Part shown: positions 18,608 to 27,867 of the stretch, piece after piece
Layout: each line of letters starts with the position of its first letter
Numbering within the stretch: the first letter of the stretch is position 1
NCBI GenBank assembly: GCA_050014495.1
Contig: JBEKDF010000025.1
Location: forward strand, 1 to 41,000
Direction: 5' to 3'
Source: Candidatus Bathyarchaeia archaeon
Lineage (GTDB): Archaea > Thermoproteota > Bathyarchaeia > TCS64
DNA: 41,000 nt
Made by a program: the position numbers and the translations under genes
The notes under the pieces: generated by a model
Told to the model about the DNA's origin: nothing
Databases searched by the model: none
Seen by the model: only the letters and a program-made list of their open reading frames with translations

Positions 18608-19807
18608 TTAATAGAATGTGGGCTGATCCTCGTACTTGATCTTAGGCGCCTCCATTCCAACAGTCTCGGACGGTGGCAGGATCTCGATTAACCGATATTT
18701 TCTGCTCCCCAGCCCCAATTCCTCCGCGAACATCACCTGATCATAAGGGTTCTTGAATCCACCCCAAATACGCTGGAAGGGATGTAGATTCTTATCGAGG
18801 TTAACTATCCCCACGTAGAGTGGGATCATCTCGGGTAGGAACGTCGCCCCAGCTATGAGGTCGAGGGTCGCCTCCTCGATTGCCACTATGTCCTTGCTCG
18901 CTGTGACTCCTATGTCAGGGACTATCTGCGGCTGAATCATACCGAGGCAATTACACTGCGGCGTAATATCAAGGAGGAAATTGAAGAAGAACCGCTTCTC
19001 CGGCTTGAAACCCTCGAGAACCTTAGCAGCTGTGAAAGCCATGATTTTGCTAAAGGTCTGGAAGTTCTCGGCCTTGATCTCTATGCACCCGACCCCCTTG
19101 TCTGCTTCCATACACTTCATGCAGTTGCTGTTCCTACAGTTGTTCCAAACCATAGCCATCTTATGCTTTTTAGCGTCGTACCTCAGGGCGTTGCTCGGAC
19201 ATACCTTAACAAGTTCTTCGGCATGCTCAGGCATGCATTTAACACCGTCCCACCATGGGATGTGGTTTTCAATACCGTGCATCTTGTGCCAGCGACTACC
19301 AGCAGCGAGGCCGCCAATGGCGATGTTCTTTATTGCGCCTCCATAACCGCTCACCCCGTGTCCCTTGGCGTGGCTGACCTCAATTAGGACGTCACAGTCG
19401 TGGAGGACCCCAGCGAATCCTATCTCACCGACTCCGCCATACTCAATATTGCTTTGATAGACATAGCGGTCCTTCAGTCCTGCTATAGGTATGAGGGGGC
19501 AGCCGCATGTCTCACTCGTGTAGCCTCGATCCACAGCGTTGTAGATGGCTGTTGGGTTATCAGTAACGAAGGGATAACCTCCAACATCCTTTACAGCCTT
19601 CACGATCTTGCGGACGAAGTAAACAGGCACTGTCTGGAAGTCCTCTTGGAATCCGAGGTGCATCTTGAGGGCGACCTTATCGCCCTTGCTTATTGTATTG
19701 AAGTCGAGTTTCTTGATCATTTCATCGAATTTTGAGCCGAGGCTAGCGAAGCGTGCGGCTTGTCCGTGGATCATCGAACCGTAGTAGACGATGGGCTTCT
19801 TTGCCAT
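18608..19807 (-). CDS. DUF362 domain Fe-S protein
   Basis: 'VALKMHLG', 'SHAKGH..SGYGGAIKNIAIG', 'ITPQCNC', 'PDIG..ASKDIVAIE'. Confidence 0.88.
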   Translation of the reverse strand: MAKKPIVYYGSMIHGQAARFASLGSKFDEMIKKLDFNTISKGDKVALKMHLGFQEDFQTVPVYFVRKIVKAVKDVGGYPFVTDNPTAIYNAVDRGYTSETCGCPLIPIAGLKDRYVYQSNIEYGGVGEIGFAGVLHDCDVLIEVSHAKGHGVSGYGGAIKNIAIGGLAAGSRWHKMHGIENHIPWWDGVKCMPEHAEELVKVCPSNALRYDAKKHKMAMVWNNCRNSNCMKCMEADKGVGCIEIKAENFQTFSKIMAFTAAKVLEGFKPEKRFFFNFLLDITPQCNCLGMIQPQIVPDIGVTASKDIVAIEEATLDLIAGATFLPEMIPLYVGIVNLDKNLHPFQRIWGGFKNPYDQVMFAEELGLGSRKYRLIEILPPSETVGMEAPKIKYEDQPTFY

Positions 19808-19958
19808 GTTTACACCTGAAGCGTAGGAGAAGACATTTTGGGGTTAATAAAGAAAATCCATGTAGAAAGCGAAATTATTTCTCAGGTGCGCGTGCGCTAT
19901 TTGATAACTGATTTATTCTCTTGGCGACCGAGCATAAATCAAGGCTGGACCCCTATTG

Positions 19959-20594
19959 ATGATTTCGACCCATATGGGGTATGGCTTCGTAGTCGCTTAC
20001 CTCATGTTCCTCATCCTGGGACCCCTCGGTGGCTTCTTCCCTAAGATGCCAGTATCCACCACAATATTGGTTGTGATCGGGATGCTTGGAGGGATCTTGC
20101 CAGACATCGACAGGTGGGAAAGTCTCGGTCTCCAACATCGTAAATCTCTGCATTACCCACTGGGCTATGGTCTCGCCGCCATTGCAGTCATCATTATCTT
20201 CGTGACCCTGATCAGGGACAGCGCCCTGCTTGGATTGGCCTGCTTCCTATCCGCTGCTTGGCTTCACTCCTTCATGGACATCTTCGACGACTACTGGCTA
20301 AGGCCCGAGCAAGGTGTGTACGAGCACATTCGGGGGAGGTGGATCAGGACATTGGAATGGGTCCCATTCGCATCCACGAAGGAATGGAGCCTACAGTCCG
20401 GTGCGGATGTCCTCGCCCTCCTTATCTCCCCCAACCTGCCGATGTACCTTGGGGTCCAGGGCTGGCTAGTTGGGGCGGGGTGCTTCACACTCATCTGGTT
20501 GCTCTCGAGTTTCTACGAGCTTAGGAGGACGGTCCCAGCGAGGGCTAGGATGGTTGCCGCCTACAATGAGAGCGTGAAGAGATCGCTCGGCTGA
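19959..20594 (+). CDS. Membrane-bound metal-dependent hydrolase (YdjM-like)
   Basis: 'STH', 'LPDID', 'HRKSLHY', 'HSFMD' motifs with TM segments. Confidence 0.8.
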   Translation: MISTHMGYGFVVAYLMFLILGPLGGFFPKMPVSTTILVVIGMLGGILPDIDRWESLGLQHRKSLHYPLGYGLAAIAVIIIFVTLIRDSALLGLACFLSAAWLHSFMDIFDDYWLRPEQGVYEHIRGRWIRTLEWVPFASTKEWSLQSGADVLALLISPNLPMYLGVQGWLVGAGCFTLIWLLSSFYELRRTVPARARMVAAYNESVKRSLG

Positions 20595-20679
20595 CAGAAT
20601 GCCCTCACAATACCAATAGGTCTTTTTTATCAATTAGGACCTAAGATAAAATGGCAGTCACCGAGGAGACAAAACAGAC

Positions 20680-22014
20680 GTGGATAAAATAGAAGTGGTA
20701 AATAATTTCATAGAATCCCTCGCATTGAAGGCACTCTACAAGGTTAAAGGCGAAAAGCCAATTGCACTCATCTCGATTCTCAGCTACCTATCAGACAATA
20801 ACTTGGAGGGAATCCGACCCCTAGATCTTCTGGCAAGCCTGCGACACTCATTCAAAATAAAGAACGAATTCATTAAAATTGCCTCACAATATGGTAAAAT
20901 CGCTGACCCAAGTGCCTCATGGGAAGTAATCACTGGAAGTGAACGTGAACTTCAAAGAGCAATAGAAAACAATGGGCTGGTGAATAATGCTTTTTCAGAG
21001 TTAGATATTGAACAGATTAAAACTCTGACTAAATACTGGATCGAACGACTATCTGAGGTCAGTCAAACCAATGATAAAACTCCTATAATCAACCAAGCTA
21101 AACCTATGCAAACCGTAACAAAAATAGATCCTCAAATCAAGCCTGTTCCCCCACCCTATCTAGTCTTAAATAATGTACCAAACAAAGTTGAGGTTTGGAG
21201 CGAAAGAAGACTGCCCTTCGAACCCATCGGGTGGCTAAAAGATCTAAGATCCGATATTTACAATGCAGTCGAAAGACTCGAAGCTGACAACAACCAGGTG
21301 CTCCGTGGTGTCTACTCCTCATCAATCGATGAAAAGGTTGACACCGAGAACGTGCTCTTCTACAACGTCGGCTTGGACTGCTTTACGAAATCCACTCGTA
21401 GAGGTCTCATCTTTGAGCGCTCATTCTCAATACCAAATCCCACCAACATATCCCTACAACAATATCTTCACTATCACAAATACGAAGTCGTACCTATCAT
21501 GAGTGAATTTGCACACTGGTCCAAAGGCAACGTAATCGCGAGATGGGCCTCAGTAAAGTGCATGTCACTATTGAGCGCGTCCTCAATCTGGTACGACATG
21601 ACTAATGGCCAAAGGCAGAAGGTCTCGGATCCGAGTGGAGATCTCCAACGGTTTGGATTAGAATTAATAATCACAGGTCCAAACTTTATGAGGAGCGCAC
21701 AATCCTACGTTAAACCCCTATTCGATGGAGTAGTTTCTTCCCTCCACCGACACGACGGATCAAATAACGCCGCAGTATCTCAACGCCTCGCCACCGCCCT
21801 GAACTCTACCCCTCAACAAATTGAATCCCTTCTCAACGACGCCTCCTTCAATGTCCTCGGTAAGCGAAAACTCGTTTGGCCCTGGAGGGAAGGAGTACAA
21901 TGGAACCCGAGCGATGAAAACTGCGTTGCTGGAAAACTACTGTTAAATCAAGATAATTCAAAAAACAACTATGAGATGAATGGTGAGCTTTATGAAGTAA
22001 ACGTGACAAAATAA
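20680..22014 (+). CDS. Hypothetical protein (two-domain, Pro/Thr linker)
   Basis: 444-aa ORF with GAGGAG upstream; no family recognised. Confidence 0.75.
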   Translation: MDKIEVVNNFIESLALKALYKVKGEKPIALISILSYLSDNNLEGIRPLDLLASLRHSFKIKNEFIKIASQYGKIADPSASWEVITGSERELQRAIENNGLVNNAFSELDIEQIKTLTKYWIERLSEVSQTNDKTPIINQAKPMQTVTKIDPQIKPVPPPYLVLNNVPNKVEVWSERRLPFEPIGWLKDLRSDIYNAVERLEADNNQVLRGVYSSSIDEKVDTENVLFYNVGLDCFTKSTRRGLIFERSFSIPNPTNISLQQYLHYHKYEVVPIMSEFAHWSKGNVIARWASVKCMSLLSASSIWYDMTNGQRQKVSDPSGDLQRFGLELIITGPNFMRSAQSYVKPLFDGVVSSLHRHDGSNNAAVSQRLATALNSTPQQIESLLNDASFNVLGKRKLVWPWREGVQWNPSDENCVAGKLLLNQDNSKNNYEMNGELYEVNVTK

Positions 22015-22230
22015 ATCCGAATTTATCGGGCAAGTCGGACCTGGTCTTGAACTATCCCTTGTTCATTTCGCTGGGAAGCTGCTTATGTTCATCCGTAGGA
22101 GAGCGTCTGAGGCGATTCTCCCTATTTCCAGTTTGTCATGCTTAGCCTCTTCAAGTTCCTCTAACGTCAAATGCGCGTGCGCAATACATAAAATCCTTAG
22201 CCTTAACATCGAGGCGTAGTGCGCGTACAA

Positions 22231-22256
22231 ACCCACCTCTTCAGAGGCGGGTAGTT
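22231..22256 (+). mobile_element. Isolated IS200/IS605-type end-like hairpin (relic)
   Basis: ACCCACCTCT-TC-AGAGGCGGGT stem-loop followed by AGTT; no tnpA/tnpB nearby. Confidence 0.45.
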
Positions 22257-22283
22257 AAGATGCAGTATCAGATTAAGGCAATT

Positions 22284-22760
22284 TTACCTATTTATTTTCA
22301 TTAAGCGATCGCGAGCTTCTTTTTCTTCGAGAGTCTCTATCGAATATTTCTTTTCTTTTTCTGCTTCTTTCTCCTCATGTTCTTTCTCGTGTTCCTCCTC
22401 GTGCTCGGCTGCGCGCGTGCCAGCGATCTCATGTAACTGGTCAACACGCGTCCTGACCATCGAGCTCACCTCCTCCCTTAGCTCATCGGGAGAGATGTCC
22501 TTGCCGCGCAATGCGGCGACCTGACCCGCCAGTGATTCGTCTCCCAGCATCCTGAACCAACTATCAAAGTCTCCACGTTCAACGTGGAAACTGACTGAAG
22601 ATGGGTCGATACCTTTCACAATGGTGGCAAATTCGTCCAGGCTTTTTGAGGTAGCACCGGTAGGTTGTCCGATTTCCCTGTAGAAATAAAAAGCCTCGTC
22701 GGGCATTACTGATCTGAGCGCATTGGCTGCCTCATCTCTTCTAATATTCTTGTCAGCCAT
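22284..22760 (-). CDS. DUF5752-like protein with acidic/His-rich C-terminal tail
   Basis: 'AFYFY..IG..TG....SL.EF...V...S..FH..RGDF..W...LGD..LA' pattern; tail begins at a GCGC tract. Confidence 0.75.
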   Translation of the reverse strand: MADKNIRRDEAANALRSVMPDEAFYFYREIGQPTGATSKSLDEFATIVKGIDPSSVSFHVERGDFDSWFRMLGDESLAGQVAALRGKDISPDELREEVSSMVRTRVDQLHEIAGTRAAEHEEEHEKEHEEKEAEKEKKYSIETLEEKEARDRLMKINR

Positions 22761-22896
22761 ATTTATCCTCAACATCCTCATTCATTCGAATAAATGGGTG
22801 GGATATAAAGGGTCACGTCACGCGCACATCTTCATTTTTATCCTTACTTCACACTTGGAGCTATTCGTAGTCTATCTGCGCTGATGCGCGCGCGTT

Positions 22897-23302
22897 CTAC
22901 TTCTTTGGAACAGCACCCTCGGTTTCGCTGGACCCGAGCAGCTCCACCCAATCCCAATGGTAACGAGTGTTCGGACTCTTCTCCGCTACGAATTTGTAGG
23001 CCGCTTCGTAGCTCATATTGTACTTCTTGCTCACATACACCATCGCCAGGAATGGCGTTCGGTCGATACCCACGAGGCAGTGTATCAGTATCTTCGCATC
23101 GAGATCCGATAAGGCGACGAGAAGCTTCGCGGCCTTAAGGATCTTGCCGGGGACGGGGCTGTTTTCATCGAGAAACCCAATATGCACAGTCTCAAACAGA
23201 GTCCTTGCGTCTACGATGAAGTCGACGCCGTTCCCTCAGATCATCGACGTCATTCGCATCGATTATGCTTCCGACCCCGAGGTAATCATCTATCCAATTC
23301 AA
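22897..23302 (-). pseudogene. Dual-specificity/protein-tyrosine phosphatase-like gene with frameshift
   Basis: TTG start with GAGGTG RBS gives MNWIDDYLGVGS...DDLR; frame changes near 23230 to GVDFIVDAR...HCLVGIDRT (HCxxGxxR signature). Confidence 0.75.
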
Positions 23303-23462
23303 ATCGGTCGCACCTCACAGCTTTCTAGTTATTTTTGAATGGAGCGGAGACTTGAGATAATGTTTTGCCTGAGAAGACAGCTTTCTGGCGTGTGCGCTCA
23401 ATTTTCACTAACTTGACTGAGGTTATGGTAGCTTCCTAATAGTTGTGCGCATATCTTATTTT

Positions 23463-23490
23463 CACTTGTTATAAGAGGTAGCCAATGGCG
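23463..23490 (+). repeat. 28-bp element copy 3, between two GCGC tracts
   Basis: CACTTGTTATAAGAGGTAGCCAATGGCG; 23/28 identical to copy 1. Confidence 0.75.
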
Positions 23491-23695
23491 CGCGCGCCTG
23501 AAATGCTTTGGACAAGGCATGTTGAGAACAACCTCGTCAGTAAAATAAATGAGGTGGTAAGTCGAGATTTAAAAAAAATATATTGATTTAATAAAAAATA
23601 CTTTGGAATTGTGAATAGGATTGAAGTTCCGCAAAATGGGTTCTCTGGGCTGGGAGGTATCCGCCCTAGGCTTTGGCTGCATGAGGCTCCCACCC
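23487..23695 (+). repeat. 209-bp diverged direct repeat (copy 1): upstream region + first 25 codons of aldo/keto reductase, truncated
   Basis: Aligns to 30757-30965 at offset 7270; starts at GGCGCGCGCGCC and is followed by TGA and GCGCGCAT. Confidence 0.95.
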
Positions 23696-23903
23696 TGAGC
23701 GCGCATTTAGGTTTAGAAAACCTGTTTTAATTAGATTGTTTTTCTCAAATTTATCATGGCCAAATTGCTTTTCTAGCTGGCACTTCCGAGTATCATTGAA
23801 TCCCAAACTTTAATATTTAAAATAATCATAGATTTCAAGGTTAGAGTCAAAGAATTACATTAAGCTCCACTATAATAAAATAAATGAACGTATGTGAACG
23901 ATC

Positions 23904-25109
23904 ATGTCCATTAACAAGGCCCCCTCGATATCGGGCATAGTTAGACCGGGTTTTGAGACCGTAAAAGAGGCCTTCATTGAGAACTTCACCCATAGAAACG
24001 AACTGGGAGCCGCCTGTTGTATGTATCACCGAGGGGAAAAAGTAGTTGACCTATGGGGCGGCGTACGAAACAAGGCTACCGGTGAACCTTGGGAAGAGGA
24101 TACGATGGTACTCGTGTTCTCGACAACGAAGGGCATGTCAGCTCTCACTATGGCCCTCGCCAACTCGAAGGGCTTGTTGGACTACGAGGAACATGTCAGC
24201 ACCTACTGGCCGGAGTTTGCCCAACAAGGCAAGGAGAAAATAACGATCCGGCAGCTGCTGTCTCACCAAACCGCATTATTCGCATTCGATGAGCCAGTGG
24301 ATAAAAAAGTGGTCGCAGACCTCGATCGCTTGGCCGCGATAATGGCGAAACAGAAACCAGCCTGGGAGCCCGGAACTCGCCAGGCCTATCACGCCATCAG
24401 CCTCGGGTTTTATGAGGGTGAACTGCTTCGCAGAGTAGATCCACTCCATCGAAGCCTAGGACAATTCTATCAGGACGAAATTGCATCACCGCTAGGCCTC
24501 GACTTCTACATCCGCCTCCCAGAGGACATCTCAAATTCAAGGCTAGCTACAATCCAGAGGTTCAATCCAGTTACATCGATTTTTAGCGTCGGATCCTCAA
24601 CGATGTTATTCGCATCGATGAATAAGCACTCACCACTATACAGGGCGATGTTTGAGAACCCGGGACCGTGGCTGCCTATTGATAAGGAGCGTATCTATGC
24701 CCGTAACCTTGAGGTGCCATCGGAGGGTGGCGTGGGAACTGCACGCGCGATCGCACATGCCTACAGCGTATTCGCGACCGGTGGACACGAACTCGGATTA
24801 CACCAGGGGACTCTGGAAACTCTAAAGGCGTCTGCTATCCCACCACTAAATGGATTTTACGACGAATGCTTGAAGAAGGAGATGGAATTTTCACTCGGTT
24901 TCCTTAAGCCCAGTAAATTATACCCTTTTGGCAGTTTGAGCGCTTTTGGGTCGCCGGGAGCTGGGGGGTCCTTCGGGTTTGCTGACCCGCAGACTGAGGT
25001 GGGATACGCGTATGTCTGCAATCGGATGGGTGCGAAACAAGGGGGGGATCCGAGGGAGTTAGCGCTTCGGGACGCATTCCACCGAGCGATTAATCAAACA
25101 GTTATCTAA
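23904..25109 (+). CDS. Serine hydrolase, beta-lactamase class C/EstB-like esterase
   Basis: 'VVDLWGG', SxxK 'FSTTK', 'LLSHQ', 'YHA', 'FGSPGAGGSFGFADP'. Confidence 0.92.
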   Translation: MSINKAPSISGIVRPGFETVKEAFIENFTHRNELGAACCMYHRGEKVVDLWGGVRNKATGEPWEEDTMVLVFSTTKGMSALTMALANSKGLLDYEEHVSTYWPEFAQQGKEKITIRQLLSHQTALFAFDEPVDKKVVADLDRLAAIMAKQKPAWEPGTRQAYHAISLGFYEGELLRRVDPLHRSLGQFYQDEIASPLGLDFYIRLPEDISNSRLATIQRFNPVTSIFSVGSSTMLFASMNKHSPLYRAMFENPGPWLPIDKERIYARNLEVPSEGGVGTARAIAHAYSVFATGGHELGLHQGTLETLKASAIPPLNGFYDECLKKEMEFSLGFLKPSKLYPFGSLSAFGSPGAGGSFGFADPQTEVGYAYVCNRMGAKQGGDPRELALRDAFHRAINQTVI

Positions 25110-25225
25110 ATAGCGTAAAAATGCATTCTTGTTTTAAAATTAAATATATAGTGCTTGAATGTTATCTAATTCCATTATGATTGAAATTACCAAGTTAATT
25201 TCATGTTTAAAACCGTATCCTTCAA

Positions 25226-25684
25226 TCACCCGAATCTATTATAGATATTAGGATACGCCTTCACTAGCGCCAGATTAATGCGTAACACATTCACGTAGGG
25301 GCTGCCGAAGACCCAGAAGACGCCCTCCTCGTTCTTATTGACGATGTTAATCAACAGATCCCCCGAGATTCCGGTGGCTTCCTGTATTCTTGGCATCTGT
25401 GAGTACGCATCTTGGAGCGTTATATCCGGGTCGACGCCTGAGGCTGAACCACCCCTTGGGTGGAAAAAGGTGGGTGAAGTGAAATTCTGTGCTATGAGAA
25501 CCGAGCCCACGCTGCGTTGGCCAAGCTGCATAATCTCGCCGTTCGCTTGATATGGGAAGAGTGCTTGAGCCAAACCAGTGACAATTAGCGGGAATAATAA
25601 GCCACAGATCACAAGCGAGATCAATGCCAGTCTGATTACAGGCCTGTAATCAGACTTTTCATTTTCATTCATTTTTGAGGTCAA
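25226..25684 (-). CDS. kdpC: K+-transporting ATPase subunit C (short form)
   Basis: 'LFPYQANG', 'SVLIAQNF...FHPR..SASGVDPDIT', 'YVNVLRINLAL'. Confidence 0.92.
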   Translation of the reverse strand: MTSKMNENEKSDYRPVIRLALISLVICGLLFPLIVTGLAQALFPYQANGEIMQLGQRSVGSVLIAQNFTSPTFFHPRGGSASGVDPDITLQDAYSQMPRIQEATGISGDLLINIVNKNEEGVFWVFGSPYVNVLRINLALVKAYPNIYNRFG

Positions 25685-25695
25685 GTCAAGTCACC

Positions 25696-27858
25696 TTACA
25701 TGTGGAACAGGGAAAGAAGGACATCAATGAGCTTGATTCCCACGAATGGGACGATAACACCCCCAACGCCGTATATCAGCGTGTTTCTGAGGAAAAGCGT
25801 CATCGTGTCAGAGGGTTTGAAGGGTATTCCCCTCATCGCTAGAGGAATGAGGAGGGGAATGATCAGGGCATTAAAGATCAGTGCTGAGAGAACAGCGCTG
25901 TGCAGGCCAAGTTGAAGTATGTTAAGCGCTCCCAGTTCCGGTATCGTCGCGGCGAACATGACCGGGACGATCGCGAAGTACTTGGAAACATCGTTAGCTA
26001 TGCTAAATGTAGTCACTGCCCCGCGAGTCATCAGTAGCTGTTTCCCCAGCAGTATAACGTCAATTATCTTAGCAGGATTAGATTCAAGGTCAACCATGTT
26101 CGCCGCCTCCTTAGCAGCTTGGGTACCCGAGTTCATCGCCAGCCCGATGTCTGCCTTAGCCAACGCTGGAGCATCATTTGTTCCATCGCCGATCATCGCG
26201 ACGATCCTCGATTGAGCCTGTTCCCTAAGCACAATGCCATACTTATCTTCGGGCTTTGCCTGCGGTACATACTCATCTATTCCCACCTCGGCGGCTATGC
26301 TCTTCGCGGTGAGGGGATGATCACCAGTGATCATGACGGGGCGAATCCCCATTAGCTTGACCGATTGAATCTTCTCCTCGATACCCGGCTTAAGAACATC
26401 CTTAAGCCTGATCATCCCGATCGCATCCCCATTCCTCGACATCGCGATCGGTGTATCCCCAGCAGCAGAGATGTTCTCCACGATGCCCTCAAGATCAGGG
26501 GGGAACATCTTAACCACCTTCTTGATCGCCTCAGGGGCACCCTTGATTATCTCGATCTCGTTAGCGGTGAGAGACTCACTCTCCTGCCCCCTGGTTTCGT
26601 CCGCGGATTTCCTCCGTAGCCTCCGCCTCCCACGACCCTCAACGCCCCCCTTCGGTAGCATGAAGCCAGAGTTGTGGACTATCTTCACCCCACTCGTGCG
26701 TGTGCTCGCCGAGAACTCGTAGACCTCGGAGAGGGCGAGCGCGTTCAACTCCCGGGGAATGAAACCCTTCTCGTAGGCCAACCTGATTATGCTTCGCCCC
26801 TCAGGTGTATCGTCCTGCCAGGACGAGAGAAAAGCCGCCTCCCCAACATCCCTCTCCGAGAAACCCTCCAATGGGATGAATTGAATCGCCTGTCTATTCC
26901 CCACAGTTATAGTGCCCGTCTTGTCAAGGAGTACAACATCCACGTCACCCGCGGTTTCTATAGCCCTCCCAGACTTGGCAACGATCTTCCTAACGTAGAG
27001 CCGAGAGATCCCGGAGAGGCCAATCGAAGGAAGAAGTGCGCCAATGGTAGTTGGTAGAAGGCAGACGTATAGCGCGATGAGCACTGAGAGATCTCCACCG
27101 AGGTTGAGGGTCACTGATAGGCCGATCAGTGAGAGGATGATTATGCTGAATATCGCGGTCAGGCCGATGAGTACAATTGTCACGGCCCGCTCATTGGGTG
27201 TCTTGGGCCTCTTGGAGGATTCAACCATCTTGATCATCTGGTTGATGTAGGTGTCTTCAGGGTCAACAGTCACCTTGGCGATTAAGGTGTCGCTCGTCAT
27301 GATCGAGCCACCGATTAGGGCGTCTCCTGGTGCCTTGCGGACCGGAGTTGATTCGCCGGTGAGAAGTGACTCGTCAACCATGGCGATGCCCTCCAAGACG
27401 TCAGCGTCTATGGGGATGACGTCGTTCTTCTCCAGGGAGATCAGGTCACCCCTGCGAAGTTCCTTCGATGAGGTAATGATGACCTTTCTTGACCACTCCT
27501 CCGTCACGATCTTCCTGCTCGGCACCTCGCTTTCGAGTTTCCTGAGGCTGCTCGCGGTGTTCTTAGCCTGCTGCTCAGCTAGGGCGTCTGCTAGGGTGCT
27601 GAACCAGACCGTGATGATGAGTATTATCGAGACCTCGACGTAGAAGGCCCTCTCGTCTGGGTTAGCTAGAGGCGCAAAGCCTTGTGGGTATATGGCCATC
27701 GCCGCGACGATGAAGAACGTGATCTCAACTAGCAGCATGACTGGGTTTGCGGTGAGCGATATGGGGTTCAGTCTAGTGAGTGAATCGAGTAGTACCTTCC
27801 TTGAGGTAAAAGAACTCGGTCCCTCGCTGATTTGGCTCTTCGTCGTTACGTTTTCCAT
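25696..27858 (-). CDS. kdpB: K+-transporting P-type ATPase subunit B
   Basis: NPVM, TGES, 'CLLPTTIG', DKTGT, KGA, GDGTND, 'SIANDVSKYF'. Confidence 0.97.
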   Translation of the reverse strand: MENVTTKSQISEGPSSFTSRKVLLDSLTRLNPISLTANPVMLLVEITFFIVAAMAIYPQGFAPLANPDERAFYVEVSIILIITVWFSTLADALAEQQAKNTASSLRKLESEVPSRKIVTEEWSRKVIITSSKELRRGDLISLEKNDVIPIDADVLEGIAMVDESLLTGESTPVRKAPGDALIGGSIMTSDTLIAKVTVDPEDTYINQMIKMVESSKRPKTPNERAVTIVLIGLTAIFSIIILSLIGLSVTLNLGGDLSVLIALYVCLLPTTIGALLPSIGLSGISRLYVRKIVAKSGRAIETAGDVDVVLLDKTGTITVGNRQAIQFIPLEGFSERDVGEAAFLSSWQDDTPEGRSIIRLAYEKGFIPRELNALALSEVYEFSASTRTSGVKIVHNSGFMLPKGGVEGRGRRRLRRKSADETRGQESESLTANEIEIIKGAPEAIKKVVKMFPPDLEGIVENISAAGDTPIAMSRNGDAIGMIRLKDVLKPGIEEKIQSVKLMGIRPVMITGDHPLTAKSIAAEVGIDEYVPQAKPEDKYGIVLREQAQSRIVAMIGDGTNDAPALAKADIGLAMNSGTQAAKEAANMVDLESNPAKIIDVILLGKQLLMTRGAVTTFSIANDVSKYFAIVPVMFAATIPELGALNILQLGLHSAVLSALIFNALIIPLLIPLAMRGIPFKPSDTMTLFLRNTLIYGVGGVIVPFVGIKLIDVLLSLFHM

Positions 27859-27867
27859 GTTTTCATC

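Noticed and set aside
18522..18611. Possible RelE-like C-terminal relic (VVVDELNEKIVVICIVQSAKVAY*)
   Set aside because: Resemblance is weak and key Arg residues are missing.
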